A DNA stretch of 62,992 bases, counting the filler, from Chiloscyllium plagiosum (taxonomy: Eukaryota), in assembly GCF_004010195.1 (NCBI RefSeq). It is 3 parts of one record of this genome, joined end to end, with 100 filler letters (N's around TTAATTAATTAA, not from the genome) between each part and the next. Parts side by side here need not be neighbours in the genome. Positions count along the whole stretch, not along the records: positions 1 to 31,297 come from NC_057712.1; 2 more parts are not named here. One strand, given 5' to 3'. The notes under the pieces are model-generated. The model had not been told where the DNA came from and made no database searches. It saw only the letters and a list, made by a program, of their open reading frames with translations. The translations under genes were made by a program, and so were the position numbers. Below are positions 12,161-25,019 of the stretch, piece by piece; positions within the stretch are counted from its first letter, which is position 1; each line of letters opens with the position of its first letter.

Positions 12161-13043
12161 AATAGCATGGGTTAATTTGGTTAACTCCGCATCTATTTAT
12201 TTGAGGAAAATTAATAAAATCTTAAACTGGGTTAAGCAAGTACATTAGAAACAAACAGGGAATTTAGTTAGCTTAATAAAACTTATATGTAATTCATTTA
12301 TTTCTATTTAAGAAAGGTCATTGATTATATGAAACAAAATGAAAATACACAGATAAGGTTGAAATGCTGATGTGGCAGACACATTAAATCCTATAAAAGT
12401 GGTTGAACTCGCAATAACTTTCAAGTATTTCTGAAGCTGAAAATGTGGATGACCCTATCCCATGTCAAATAAAGTAGACAATATCATAGAGACCTTGAGG
12501 CTGCAGCAATAGCACAGGCTCGAGGAATGAGCACGGGCAGCACCTGGGAAAATAAATATGAATAGGGACATGAGGCATCCCCACCATTTTGGAATGTATT
12601 AAAAACAAGGTATTTGTCACAGTAAGTCCATTTTGGATTTCAAGTAACACATTGTCTACATGACCGACAATGTATACATATCTCTTCTTCACAGTTTCTC
12701 TGGGGTAATGCTCTCCCAATGTGTTGATGACATAAATGATTGATAACTTGTACCTGAGCTTCCTGAAATTATTTCACACAATAATCTACCTCCATACTAC
12801 TTAATTATTAAAGAAAAAAAGCAACAGATTTGATTCATATCACTTCTTTCATCTTAAGACATCCCAAAGTGCTATATAGCCAGTTAGTGAAATGAAATCA
12901 CTGCTATAATGCAGGAGCAGCAGCAAGCTCCACAAACAACAATACAATATTGACGAGATAATTGATTTGAGGCTGTTGGTTGAAGAATGAATATTAGCTG
13001 GGACACAGGTAGATACAAATGTATGAAACTGGAGATATTCTGT

Positions 13044-13252
13044 AACAAAAAACAAAAATTGCTGTTGAACTCAGCTGCTCTGGCAGCATCTGTGCAAAGA
13101 ATGCACAGTCAGCATTTCAGAACTGATGAGGAGTCACCAGAGTTGAAACTCTGCTTTCTTCCCATTGATGTTGCCAGACCTGCCGAGTTTCGCCAGCAAT
13201 TTCTGTTTTTACTTCAGATCTCCAGCATCCTCAGTTCTTTATTTTGTTTTTA
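13044..13252. mobile_element. Old palindromic Penelope-derived element (family D)
   Basis: Imperfect inverted arms (aaaaattgctgttgaactcagc... / ...gagtttcgccagcaatttctg) surround CTGATGAggagtcacc, with a tail on the right. Confidence 0.6.
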
Positions 13253-13266
13253 GAAATCTTCAAACC

Positions 13267-13510
13267 AGAAATTAAAGTCAATTTTATTTCATTCATTCAT
13301 GGAATGAGAGTGTCACTGTCTAGGCCCAGCATTTATTGCCCATCCCTAATTGCTCAGGGGACAGTTGACAGTCAACCATATTTCTGTTGGTCTGGAGTCA
13401 TATGTAGGTCAGACCAGGTACAGACAACAGTTTCTTTCCTTAAAGAACATTAGTGAACGAGATGGGTTTTTCTGACAATTGACAACGGTTTCAGGGTCAT
13501 CATTGGACTC
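13267..13510 (-). mobile_element. Deu-type SINE, 3' part
   Basis: Reverse complement of the body and tail of 10130-10360 (ggcccagcatttattgcccatccctaattg; tctggagtcatatgtagg; aacattagtgaac). Confidence 0.7.
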
Positions 13511-13548
13511 CTCTTTCCAAATTTTGTTTCATATAACATATCCATTTA

Positions 13549-13736
13549 CAGAGGAACCTCGATCATCCAAAGGACACAGGCAGGCAGTATTTCGTTCCGT
13601 TAATCGAATGCCGGATAATCGAATGCTGGATAATCGAATGCTCGATAACATTATTAACCAAACATCGGGACCTTCTGATCTTGTCCAGATAATTCAATGT
13701 TCAGTTAATCAAACGCCGATAATACAGGTTCCTCTG
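13549..13736. mobile_element. Tc1/pogo-type MITE
   Basis: TIRs CAGAGGAACCT...AGGTTCCTCTG are flanked by TA on both sides, with internal ataatcgaatgc repeats. Confidence 0.85.
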
Positions 13737-14109
13737 TATTAATGACTTTAAATGATTATGTTCCTTTAGTTTACTGAAAACTGCAGTTTTGCCTCCTTTA
13801 AAAAGTCCCCTTTAAGTTCTCAATTCTTAGTTAATAGCTCAATCATACTATTGGAGTTTTCCCAGTGTTTCATGTGTTAGCATTTAACACTGCTTTCCAA
13901 CCTTCGCTTCTGCACTGAACCTTTCTTGCCAGAGTGGTCTCTTGTAGCTCTCATTTATGTCTGCAAATGTGTAACAATTGATATTACAACAACGATTACA
14001 ACCACCAACATGCTACAAAAGAGGAAAATTAACATTTAACTTCATTCTACATGACTACTCATGATCAGTAATTGTTAAGGCAATTAGAAAATAAGTTGAA
14101 ATAACGTAA

Positions 14110-14570
14110 TCCTGAAATAGCAAAAACAATAAAACTGGATATATTCCTGGCATCAACCGAGAAATCAGAAATATCAACATCAAACACAGCCAAATAATCA
14201 CAAACGTCCTCGTAACAAACACCTTGTGCCAAACATTTGGTGAATTGTCTCACAGGCTAGTTGAGCAATAGCCTGACATACTCATGTTCATTGAATCATA
14301 TCCAACAGATTTCCAAGACCATCATGGCTATGTACTGTCTTAGTGGAAGGGCAAACACACCAGAAGTGACAGCAATGTGGTATACAGTAAGAAGGGAGTT
14401 GCCCTGGGAATCCTCAACATTGACGCTGGACTCCTTGAAATCTCATGGCATCAGGTCAAACTTTGTCAACAAAACGTCCTGCTGACAACCACCTCCTATT
14501 ATTTCCCCCTCCCTCAACTCATGAATTAGTTCTCCTCCATGCTGAACACACCTTTAAGGAAGCACGATGA
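14110..14570 (+). mobile_element. Old LINE AP-endonuclease fragment (Deu-headed family)
   Basis: Reads GELSHRLVEQ*PDILMFIES and is homologous to 26790-27490 and 19800-20390. Confidence 0.6.
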
Positions 14571-14577
14571 TGTCCAC

Positions 14578-15230
14578 ATAGAGTCATAGAGTCATAGAGA
14601 TGTACAGCATGGAAACAGATCTTTCGGTCCAACCCGTCCATGCTGACCAGATATCCCAACCCAATCTAGTCCCACCTGCCAGCACCTGGCCCATATCCCT
14701 CCAAACCCTTCCTATTCATATACCCATCCAAATGCCTCTTAAATGTTGCAATTGTACCAGCCTCCACCACATCCTCTGACAGCTCATTCCATACACGTAC
14801 CACCCTCTGCGTTAAAAGGTTGCCCCTTAGCTATCTTTTATATCTTTCCCCTTTCACCCTAAACCTATGCCCTCGAGTTCTGGACCCCCCAACCCCAGGG
14901 AAAAGACTTTGCCTACTTATCCTATCCATGCCCCTCATAATTTTGTAAACCTCTATAATGTCACCCCTCAGTCTCTGACGCTCCAGGGAAAACAGCCTCA
15001 GCCTGTTCAGCCTCTCCCTGTAGCTCGGATCCTCTAACCCTGGCAACACCCTTGTAAATCTTTTCTGAACCCTTTCAAGTTTCACAACGTCTTTCCGATA
15101 GGAAGGAGACCAGAATTGCATGCAATATTCCAACAGTGGCCTAACCAATGTCCTGTACAGCTGCAACATGACCTCCCAACTCCTGTACTCAATACTCTGA
15201 CCAATAAAGGAAAGCATACCAAACGCCTTC
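14578..15230 (-). mobile_element. CR1 3' fragment (young)
   Basis: ORF 14831-15217 reads LVRPLLEYCMQFWSPSYRKDVVKLERVQKRFTR, with a (catagagt)n tail. Confidence 0.95.
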
Positions 15231-16245
15231 TGGTCATTTTTGAAAAGAAAGGTGGCGAAAATTGGGTTACTGTGGGGTTGTTCACTGTTTGGATTCCAGC
15301 TATTTTTGATATATATCAGTGGTTGAGGAAATTGAATCTAATATTTCCAAGTTTGCTGATGACACAAAACTAGGTGGGAGTGTGAGCAGTGAGGAGGATC
15401 TAAGAAGGTTTCAGAGTGAGTGAGTGAGTGAGCAATTGCGTGGCAGGTACAGTGTGACATGCAAAAGTGGGAACTTGTCCATTTTGGTAGGAAACACAGA
15501 ATTATTTAAACGTTGGTAGATTGAGGGTGGCATTATGCTTAAAACCAATAGTGACCCAGCTGTCTTTGTACATCGATCATCACAAGCAAGTATGCACATG
15601 CAGCAAGCAGTTAGGAAGGCAAATGTTATGTTGACCTTTACACAAGGGTTTGAGTACAGGAGCAAGAATGTCTTACTGCAGCTGTTCAGGGCCTTAGTGA
15701 GACCATACTTTGAATAATATTGTGCAGTTGTAAACCAAACTGTTTTTGCAATTTTGGTCTGCTTATTTAAGAAAATATAGACTTGCTATAGAAAGAGTAT
15801 AGCAAAGAAATTAGACTGATTCCTGTATGAGGAAAGACCGGGTTGTCTAGCCCTGAACTTTGAGGAATGAGAGGGGATCTTAAAGAGGAGAAACTTCTGA
15901 CAGGGCTGGATGGACTGAATATAGGGTTGATGTTTTCTCCTGGCTGGAATGATCCAGAAAATGGAGTCACTATCTTTGGATATGCAGGGGATCATTTCAG
16001 ATGAGATGAGGGGAAATTTATTCACAATGGTGAGCCTGTGCAATTCTCTACCATAGAAGGCTGTGAAGGCAAAATCACTGAATACAGTTAAGAAAGAAAT
16101 TTATAGGTTTCTAGAACTTAAAAGGTGTTGAGGGATAATGGGAGAATATGGAGGTCAGGCACTGAGATTGAGGATTGGCCATGATCATGTTGAATGACAG
16201 CATGGGCTTGATGGACTGAATGGTCTATTGTAGCTGTTCTTTTCC
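15231..16245 (+). mobile_element. Old CR1 RT/3' fragment
   Basis: Reads SKFADDTKLGG and QLFRALVRPYFEY, with a decayed 3' UTR. Confidence 0.8.
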
Positions 16246-16794
16246 TTGTTTCTTGGGAGAAGCTTGCACTGATTTGGGAACCAGTATTATTAAGATGCGA
16301 ATGTTGTCTAATATGGTGATGTCCAAAGGCAGTCAATATGATGTACTTACAGAGCATATTTGAGGAGTTATAAGTTATAATGACAAGTTTAATGTGTAAG
16401 GATGTAGATGACTGGTAACAAATTGGATTAATAAAAACAGAAAGAAGGAAATGAAGCAGGAATTAAAAGCAGTTTACAAGGCATCTTCCCAAATATATAT
16501 TCGACCCACAATGTTCACTCTGATTCTTTCCACAGATGCTGCCAGTCCTCCTGCTAAGCCTTTCCAGCAATTTCTATTTTTGTCAATAATGTGGAATTGG
16601 GATACAGGTGACTAAATTTGCATATTAAATTGAGTACAGCATTTTGGGTTTTAGATTTGTAGGATCTTAGAAACCACAACTTCATTTGGACAGTGCTGTG
16701 AAATGAAAGAGGAGGGGAGGAGACTATGGCTCAGATAGTGTGAGAAGTGTCAAAAACAAAAGGTGCTGACTTTGTCAGGCTATGACACAGTACT

Positions 16795-17368
16795 TATAAC
16801 TCCTACTTCCTTTATACTCTTCTAAGGATTCACTCGATCTATCCTGTTGTACCTGACATATGCTTCCTTCTTTTTCTTAACCAAACCCTCAATTTCTTTG
16901 GTCATTCAGCATTCCCTATACCTACCAGCCTTCCCTTTCACCCTGACAGAAATGTACTTTCTCTGGATTCTTGTTATCTCATTTCTGAAGGCTTCCCATT
17001 TTCCAGCCGTCCCTTTACCTGAGAACATCTGCCTCCAATCAGCTTTCGAAAGTTCTTGCCTAATACCGTCAAAATTGGCCTTTCTCCAATTTAGAACTTC
17101 AACTTTTAGATCTGGTCTATCCTTTTCCATCACTATTTTAAAACAAATAGAATTATGGTCACTGGCCCCAAAGTGCTCCCCCACTGACACCTCAGTCACC
17201 TGCCCTGCCTTATTTCCCAAGAGTAGGTCAAGTTTTGCACCTTCGCGAGTGGGTACACTCACATACTGAATCAGAAAATTGTCTTGTACACACTTAAGAA
17301 ATTCTTCTCCATCTAAATCTTTAACACTATGGCAGTCCCAGTTGATGTTTGGAAAGTTAAAATCCCAC
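16795..17368 (-). mobile_element. CR1 EN fragment
   Basis: ORF 16906-17370 reads DFNFPNINWD...EHFGASDHNS. Confidence 0.9.
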
Positions 17369-17514
17369 ATCCCATGAACAAAACTAATAAGTTATTTTGC
17401 TTGTGAAAAGGAAGATTAATGTTTTAACTTTTAAATATATGGATTGAAATTAGAAAAAAAGAAAGGGATGATCACCTTGATGGATTGTACTGTAGGTGCC
17501 CAAATGTCAGAAGG

Positions 17515-19795
17515 AAATTGAAAAGCAAATATATAGAGATATCTCAGATACATGTAAGAATAATAGGGCTGTAATTGGAGGGCATTTTCATTCTCCAAAC
17601 ATTGATTGGTAGTGTTAAAGGTTTGAATGGTGAGGAGTTTGTTAAATGTGTTCAAGAAAATCTTCTTTATCAAGTTGCAAAAGCCCCTAGCAGAGAGAGT
17701 GCAAAATCTGGCCTGGTCTTGGGAAATAAGCCAGGGCCAGTGACTGAACTGTTAACAGGGGAACATTTTGGGACTAGCGATCATAATACTCTTAGTTTTA
17801 AAATTGATATGGAAAAGGATAAGTCTTCCATAAAAATTCAAGCTTTTAATTGGAGTAAGACAAATTTTAAGGGTGTGAAACAAGAACTTTCACAAGTTGA
17901 TTGGAATAGACTGTTCAGAGGTAAAGGGATGACTGACAAGTGGGTGGCCTTCAAAAGTGTGATAATGAGAGTTGAGGCACTATGTTCCTGTTAGAATGAA
18001 AGGCAAGGCTGCTAAAATTAAGGAATAATGGATGATTAAAGATCTTGAAGTTCTCGTCAAGAATAAAAAAGAATTATACATTAGATATAGACAACTGAAA
18101 TCAACTAAATCTCTTTAAGAGAATAAAGAATGAAGGGTTATCTTAGGGAAATCAGAAAGGTAAAGAGGAGTATGAGATAGTCTGGGCAGATAAGGTTAAA
18201 GATAATCCAAAAAGATTCGACAAGTACATTGAGAGCAAGAAATCAACTAGAGAAAGAGAAGGATATCTTAAAGGTTGTCTTAATGTTGGACCTCCGGAGA
18301 TAGAAGGGATATTAAATGAACATTTCACATCAGTTTTTATTGTTGAGAAAGAAGTGGAGACGAGCGAACTCAGAGAAATAACTATTGATGTTTTAAAAAC
18401 AGTTCACGTTAGAAAAGAGGAGCTGCTGGGGTCTTAGAAAACATAAAAGTAGATAAATCTCCAGGACCTGATCAAGTACATCCCAGGACATTGTGGGATG
18501 TTAGGGAGGAAATTGTGGGGCCCCTAACAGAGATATTTGTGTCATCTGTAAGCACGGCTGACGTACCAAAGGACAAGAGGGTGGCTAATGTTGTGTCATT
18601 AAGAAAGGAGATGCCTGGGAACTATGGATCCGTGAGTTTGACATGGGTGGGGGGCTAAGTTATTGGAGGTGATTCTGAAAGATCAGATTTACAGGCATTT
18701 GGAGAGGCAAGGATTGATTTGGGATAGTCAGCATGGTTTTGTGCAAGAAGGATCGTGTCTCTCAAACTTGACTGAGTTCTTTTTAATGAAGTAACCAAAA
18801 AGTTTGATGAGAGCAAAGCTGTAGACACTGTTTACTTGAACTTTAGTTAAAGCCTTTTACAGGACTCCACATGGTAGATCAATTAATAAAGTTAGATCAC
18901 ATGGGATTCAGAGTAAGCTTGTCAATTGGACACAAAATTGGCTTGGTGGCAGGATACAGAGTATGGTGGTGGAGAGTTCTTTTTCAAACTGGAGGCCTGC
19001 AGCCACTGCAGTGCCACAGGGATTGATGCTGGTACAGGGTCCACCTTTCTTTGTCATTCATATCAATGATTCAGAGAAGAACATAGTGAGTAAGTTTGCA
19101 GATGACACCAAATTGGTGGTATAGTGGAGAGTGAAGAAGGTTATCTAAGATTACAGAGATCTTCGTCAATTGGGTCAATGGTCTGAGGAGTGGTAGATGG
19201 AGTTTAATTTGATTAAATGAAAGGTATTGCATTTTTGACAATAAAAACAAGGTCAGGACTTATACAATTAAAAGTGGGCCCTGAGTAGTGTTATAGAACA
19301 GAGAGATCTAGGGGTTCAGGTACAAAGTTCTTTGAAATTTGCATCACAAGTAGGCAGGGCAGTTAAGAATGCGTTCAACACGCTTGCCTTCATTTCTCAG
19401 ATCTTTGAGTATAAGAGTTGGGACTTCATGAGGTTGTACAGGCATTGGTGAAGCCTCTTCTGCAGTACTGTGTGCATTTCTGATCATCCTGTTACAGGAA
19501 GAATATTATTAAACTGGTGAGGGTTCAGAAAAGATTTATCAGGATGTTGCTGGGAATGGAGGGTTTGAGATATAAAAATAGACCGGAAAACTTGGAATTT
19601 TTTTCATTGGAGCAGATGAGCTTGAGAGGTAACCTTTTTAAGATTTGTTAAATAATGAAGGGTATAGATAATGCCAATTACAAGGGTCTTTTCCCTAAGT
19701 TGGGGGATTTCAGGACTGAGGGCATATTTTAAAGTAAGAGAAGAAAGATTTAAAAAGAACATGAGAGGCAAATTTTTTATATAGAGAGTGGTTCT
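17515..19795 (+). mobile_element. Decayed CR1 ORF2 (EN to C-terminus)
   Basis: Reads EHFGTSDHN, DKSPGPDQVHPRTL and SKFADDTKLVV, with many frameshifts. Confidence 0.9.
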
Positions 19796-19799
19796 CAAA

Positions 19800-20395
19800 A
19801 TCAAAATAATTCTAATGCCCCAGTTCTTCCTCTGACACATGTTCAACATGGGTACCAACAAGAGGTTTCCTTCCCCAGTGTTTGACTCGATGCCCTGAGA
19901 TGTCCATGGGGTCTAGAGGCATTGTTCAGGACTCCCAGAACAACTCCCTCCTTGTGTTATACCACTGTGCGACCACCTCTGCTGGGTCTGTTCTGCCTGT
20001 GGGACAGAACAGATTGATAAATTCTTGATGTCACATGGAATTAAGGGCTATGGGGAGAATGCGGGTAAGTGGAGTTGAAATGCCCACCAGCCATGATTGA
20101 ATGGCGGAGTGGACTTGATGGACCGAATGGCCTTACTTCCACTCCTATGTCTTATGGTCTTAACATATCCCGTGATGGTGATTGAGATTTCTGGGACATT
20201 GGTTGTAAGGTCGGATTCCATGAGTATGATTATGTCTGACTGTGGTTCGATTAATCTGAGGGAGAGCTCTCCCAAATTCATTACAAGAGTCTAAATGTTA
20301 GTAAGAAAGACTTTGTCAGGCAGATAGTGCTGGGTTTGCTATTGTTGATTCTGATGCTTTGTTTGGGTAGTCTGTGCGGTTTCATTTCTTTGAAT
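19800..20395 (-). mobile_element. Old LINE endonuclease fragment (Deu-headed family), interrupted by a CR1 3' end at about 20013-20160(+)
   Basis: ORF 20048-20281 reads LGELSLRLIEPQSDIIILMESDLTTNVPEISITITGYV. The inserted piece ends cctatgtcttatggtctt. Confidence 0.65.
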
Positions 20396-20461
20396 TTAAC
20401 TTATCGAGATCGCAATTCTATAGTTTGTAAGTCAGAAAGAGGAGATATTGAAGATAATGCC

Positions 20462-20848
20462 CCTGATGTTGCAGGACTCCATCCACAAACGACACGACCA
20501 GCTATCCTTAGTAGCCACACACGCAGATGACAAGCAACATGAGTTCGACTGGGACAACACTACGATTATAAGACAAGCCAAACAGAGAACAGCCAGGGAA
20601 TTCCTAGAGGCATGGCATTCATCCACAGATTCTATCAACAAACACATCAACCTGGACCCAATATACCAGCCACTGCAGCAGACAGCTGGAAATGACAACC
20701 GGAAGGGGCAGAGACAAACCACTATAAATGCCGGAGGAAACATCACAGAAGCGCTTCACAGGAGGCTCCCAAGCACTGAGGATGTGACCTAGACAAGGGA
20801 CGAAATGTCTGCAACACAAATTCCCAGCTCGGCGAACAGAACCACAAC
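20462..20848 (+). mobile_element. Penelope-like 3' fragment (family C): GIY-YIG C-terminal half plus hammerhead-like core
   Basis: Reads SLVATHADDKQHEFDWDNTTII...REFLEAWHS...SINKH and carries gcaCTGAGGA...GAAAtGTCtgc. The TSD aagataatgcc lies at 20451-20461 and 20849-20859. Confidence 0.85.
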
Positions 20849-20954
20849 AAGATAATGCCTTTCCATTTTCTTATTGTGTGTGTGTCTAACCACAGTGACA
20901 GCACTCCAGCCTCAGAGTTAGAAGATGTAGTTTGAGAAGCATTCCAGAACCATC

Positions 20955-21240
20955 ATCCATTGATCCTCAATTCACTGACATATATTTGGCTTCCAGTCCA
21001 GCTGCATCTTAATTTTAAAATCCTCATCTTTATGTTTAAATTATTTTATCCTTCCTTTATCTTATTCTATCTGTGCAACCTCCTCCAGTCCTATAATCCT
21101 CAGAGGACAATTGTGTTTCTCTTATTCTGGTCTCTCATGTATTCCTCATATTGTGCCTCTATTGGCAGTCTGCCATCAGCCCCAAGTCTCAAATTCCTTC
21201 ACCAAATATTCCCTTCCATTTATCTTCTTCCCTGGCTTTA
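20955..21240 (+). mobile_element. Old L2-like LINE C-terminal fragment
   Basis: IWLPVQLHLNFKILIFMFK...YLCNLLQSYNPQR resembles the LHWLPV..RI.FK motif of the L2 ORF2 end. Confidence 0.6.
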
Positions 21241-21569
21241 AGATGCTCCTTCTGCTATTTTTCCACTTCGACCAAGATACTCCATTTTGTCGTTTAAACT
21301 CTTATCCTTTCTGTGAACATTCCCGTGAAATGACTTGACACACTGATTTAGATTACTTACTTTAGATTAGATTTAGATTTAGATTACTTACAGTGTGGAA
21401 ACAGGCCCTTCAGCCCAACAAGTCCACACCGACCCGCCGAAGCGTAACCCACCCATACCCTTTAAGATGCTCCTTCTGCTATTTTTCCACTTTGACCAAG
21501 ATACTCCATTTTGTCGTTTAAAGTCTTATCCTTTCTGTGAACATTCCCGTGAAATGACTTGACACACTG
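21236..21569. repeat. 110-bp direct repeat flanking a 114-bp SINE/LINE 3'-end insertion (21346-21459, minus)
   Basis: 21236-21345 and 21460-21569 differ at 2 positions. The insert has a (ttaga)n tail plus cagtgtggaaacaggcccttcagcccaac, as at 40381+. Confidence 0.9.
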
Positions 21570-22679
21570 CAGTAGCTTAAAACCATTGCTATATTAAGGA
21601 ACTTTATTGTTGATCTAATCCCATAGTGCAACATAATAATGATGGAGTCTTGCAACATCAGGGGTATCACTTGATCAACTAACACTCCATTTGTCCATCA
21701 CACAGACATACAAGATCTCATGCCTTTACTTGGAGCAGAATCCTGGCCAATATTCTTATCTCTCAACCAATATCTCCAAAAATACTTAACTAGTCATCAA
21801 TCATATTGCTTTAATGCAGGAAATGTGGCAGCCAATTTGGACAATGCATCACTAACTGCTTAATGGCTATGAAGCACTTTTGGCCATCCTAAGAATGTGC
21901 AAGGTGCTAAATAAATGCAATGTTTTTCTCTTTTCTCTTTTTTACCATGACAATAGTGTTTGTCAAGAAAAATTAGAACATGCAATTTCCAACATTTGAC
22001 CCAAATCAGATTGTGAACTACTTTCCAGAAAATCATTGGCAACACATGCAGAAATAAAATCAATAAGAAGCATCAGCTATCAGAGAGAAAACAAATCACT
22101 TGATTAGACTGCCAGAGGCAGTTAAAACAAAGCATTTTAAACACAATGTTTCATGTGAGTGAAAATGAAATCATGAGGAGTACGATTTGCCTTAGAATCA
22201 ATGCGCATCATTTGGGAAGAAGGAACAAGCAAATTAATGCAGTATTAGAATCCTTAAATTGATTTAAAAAGACTGGGTTCCCAGTAAAATATGTATACTA
22301 GATACAGAGTTAATAATCCTTTCTATTAGAGGGCAGAGTTCTCTGTGGCTGTACTGCATTCAAGATAATGGGTGGAATTTCCCCAGGCTGGTGCAGGCAT
22401 GTATAGAGGCAGGACAATTACTGAAAATGACTTGCAGTCCCAATTTGAGCTCTGCTCCGAAGGTGCTTTCATTATTAAAATGGCAATTCAGCTGCTGAAT
22501 ACTTCATTTACCATTAGCTGCAGTTCCCCGCAGCCATCCTGCAGTACAGCATGAGAGCAAGTTAAATCTGATGAGGCTCAGAAGTAGGGGTTCAGTATTA
22601 TCAACAAGTTAGGCAGCAGTAAAAGCAACACCAGCAACAGTACTAGCTGACTTCTCTTATGTTGTATACCCCTCTATAG

Positions 22680-22835
22680 GGCAGATAGATACCAAGATTA
22701 CGATGGAAGGGTCTGGGTACCCAATTCAGCAGAGGACCAGCTCTCTCGACCTGTTTGAGCATCACTACATCGAGACAGTCTAGCTCTTGGAGCTGGTTGC
22801 TGATGTTTACAGCCTCCTCAAACAAGATCACCCTC
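22680..22835 (+). pseudogene. Possible very decayed Harbinger transposase N-terminal fragment
   Basis: QQRTSSLDLFEHHYI...LVADVYSLLKQD loosely resembles, from memory, the start of HARBI1-like nucleases. Weak evidence. Confidence 0.3.
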
Positions 22836-22839
22836 CCTC

Positions 22840-24605
22840 ATCATTCAGACCATTGAGCATAGGAGTTGGGGTGTCCTGTTGATGTTGTACAGGATGTTGA
22901 TGAGGCATCTTCTGGAGTACTGTCAAAAAGTGGTGCTGGAAAAGTACAGTCAGGCCATATCTGTGGAGCAGGCAAGTTAATGTTTCGAGCATAAGCTCTT
23001 CATCAGGAACTGGGGGTGGGGTTGCGGTGGGGAGGGGGGAGGGAGCTGGTGATGTAAGGGGGTTGAGAGATAAATGGAAGGGTGAGGACCATGGGGTTCT
23101 GTCCTTGTGTGTGATTGGACAAAGACAGAACCCTTTCTGGTCCTCACCTTCCACCCACCAAACTCCAGATAGCATCATTCTCTGCCACTTCCACCATCTA
23201 CAAACAGACCCAATCACCAGAGATATATTTCCCTCCCTAGCCCTGTATGCTGAAGAGACCATTCCCTCAGTGACTCCCTGTTATGTCCATGCCCTCACCA
23301 ACCCACCTTCCACTCCTGGCACCTTCCCTATTCATCACAAGTCATGCAAAACCTGCATCCACACCTCCCCCTCACCTCCATCCAAGACTCCAAAGGATCC
23401 TTCCACATCCAGCAGAGATTTTCCTGCCACCTCCAAGCATCTTATCCACTATGTTCGCTGCTCCCAATGCGGTCTCTACATTGGGGATATAGGACGCCAA
23501 CTTGTGGAACATTTCAGAGAATATCGCTGGGACACACACACTAACCAACCCCACTGCCCTGTGGCCAAACACTTCAATCCCCCTCCACTCCGCCAAGGAC
23601 ATGCAATTCCTGGGCCTCCACTTTTGCCAAATTCTAGCCACCTGATGTCTGGAGAAAGAACACCTCATCTTCCATCTTGGGACCCTCCATCCACCCGGGA
23701 TCAATGTCGATTTCACCAGTTTCCTCATTTCCCCTCTCCCTACTTTATCCCAGATCCAACCCTCCAACTCAGCACCATCCTCAGGACCTGTCCTACCTGT
23801 CCATCTTCCTTCCTACCTATCCGTTCCACCCTCCTCTCCGACCTATCACCCCCCCACCTGCATCTACCTATCGCATTCCCAGCTACTTTCTCCCAGCCCA
23901 ACCCCCTCCCATTTATCACTCAGCCCCCTTGGGCCCTCCAACATTCCTGATGAAGACCTTATGCTCGAAATGTTGAATCTCCCTTTCCTCGGATGCTGCC
24001 TGACTGGTTGTGCTTTTCCAACACCATACGTTTTGACTTGGATCTCCAGCATCCGCAGTCTTCACTTTCTCCTCTTCTGGAATACTGTGTCCAGTACTGG
24101 ATTCCCTGTTTTATGAAATATATTATTAAGCTGGAGGTGGTTCAATAAATATTTACCAGGATGCTGCCTGGAATGGAGGGTTTGAGTTATAAGGAGTGGC
24201 TGGATAGGCTGGGACTAGTTTCACTGGAGTGTAGGAGGTTAAGAGGCAACTTTATAGAGGGTTTATAAAATAATGAGGAATATAGATATGGTGAATGGCA
24301 CGTGTCTTTTCCCTAGGGTGAGGAATTTCTAGATTATGGGCATATTTTTAAGGTGAGAGGAGAAAGATCTTAAAAAGACATTAGGAGCAATTTTTATTCA
24401 AGAACGGTTCTTGTATGGAATGAACTTCCAGAGGAAGAGCTGGATGTGGGTACAGTTACAACTTATAAAAGACAATTAGATAAATACATGAATAAAAAAT
24501 GTTAGGGGATATGGGCCGAGTGCAGGCAGGTGGAATTAGTTTAGTTTGGGATTATGATTGGCATGAATTGATTCGACCAAAGGATCTATGTCCGTGTGGT
24601 ATGAC
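22840..24605 (+). mobile_element. CR1 3' fragment interrupted by a Penelope-like element
   Basis: The R.LLEYCVQ motif is split at 22923/24073 and continues to LDKYMNK and the 3' UTR. Confidence 0.85.
22924..24072 (+). mobile_element. Penelope-like element (family A): 5'-truncated body with GIY-YIG endonuclease, preceded by an inverted terminal copy
   Basis: Reads PGTFP...SCKTC...HYVRCSQCGLYIGDIGRQLVEHFREY...PVAKHFN, with a hammerhead-like core at about 23947-23975. The TSD is tcttctggagtactgt (22908-22923) / tcttctggaatactgt (24073-24088). Confidence 0.9.
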
Positions 24606-25019
24606 TCGGACTGGATCAGGTTAGCACACATTGCTAGAAGTCAAGGTTAAAGTTGACCAATCCCCATTCATGTCTCTGCCCCTCACCAAACTGTCTGCTT
24701 CTTCTTATCCTGCAAAGGTAGATCGCATAGAGGTGTGAGCTGAGGCTGGCTTGTGTGCAGAGCAGGGAGGCTCATTATTTATGGAAGATCACTTTGGAGC
24801 AAAAGCATGACATGACAATAGCTGAGAGCAAACCCAAGCCAACAGCCTCTGGAGAGAGAAGTCAGAATATAGGGCATAGCACTTGAGAGGGTGTTGCACC
24901 ACTCACCCACCCTGCACTTCCAAAGTCTAGGATCTTCTCAAAACACTGTCTCCGGCTAGAGAGAATATTGGGTCTAAATCAATAAGATTCCATCCAATGA
25001 GAGGATGATGGAAAACAAA

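Noticed and set aside
12465..12543. Good minus-strand splice acceptor (ttttcccag|G)
   Set aside because: Every frame closes within about 30 codons, and there is no recognisable peptide or partner exon.
13600..13650. Short spaced repeats (ataatcgaatgc x3) superficially like an array
   Set aside because: They are internal subrepeats of a MITE with no unique spacers in a eukaryotic context, so not CRISPR.
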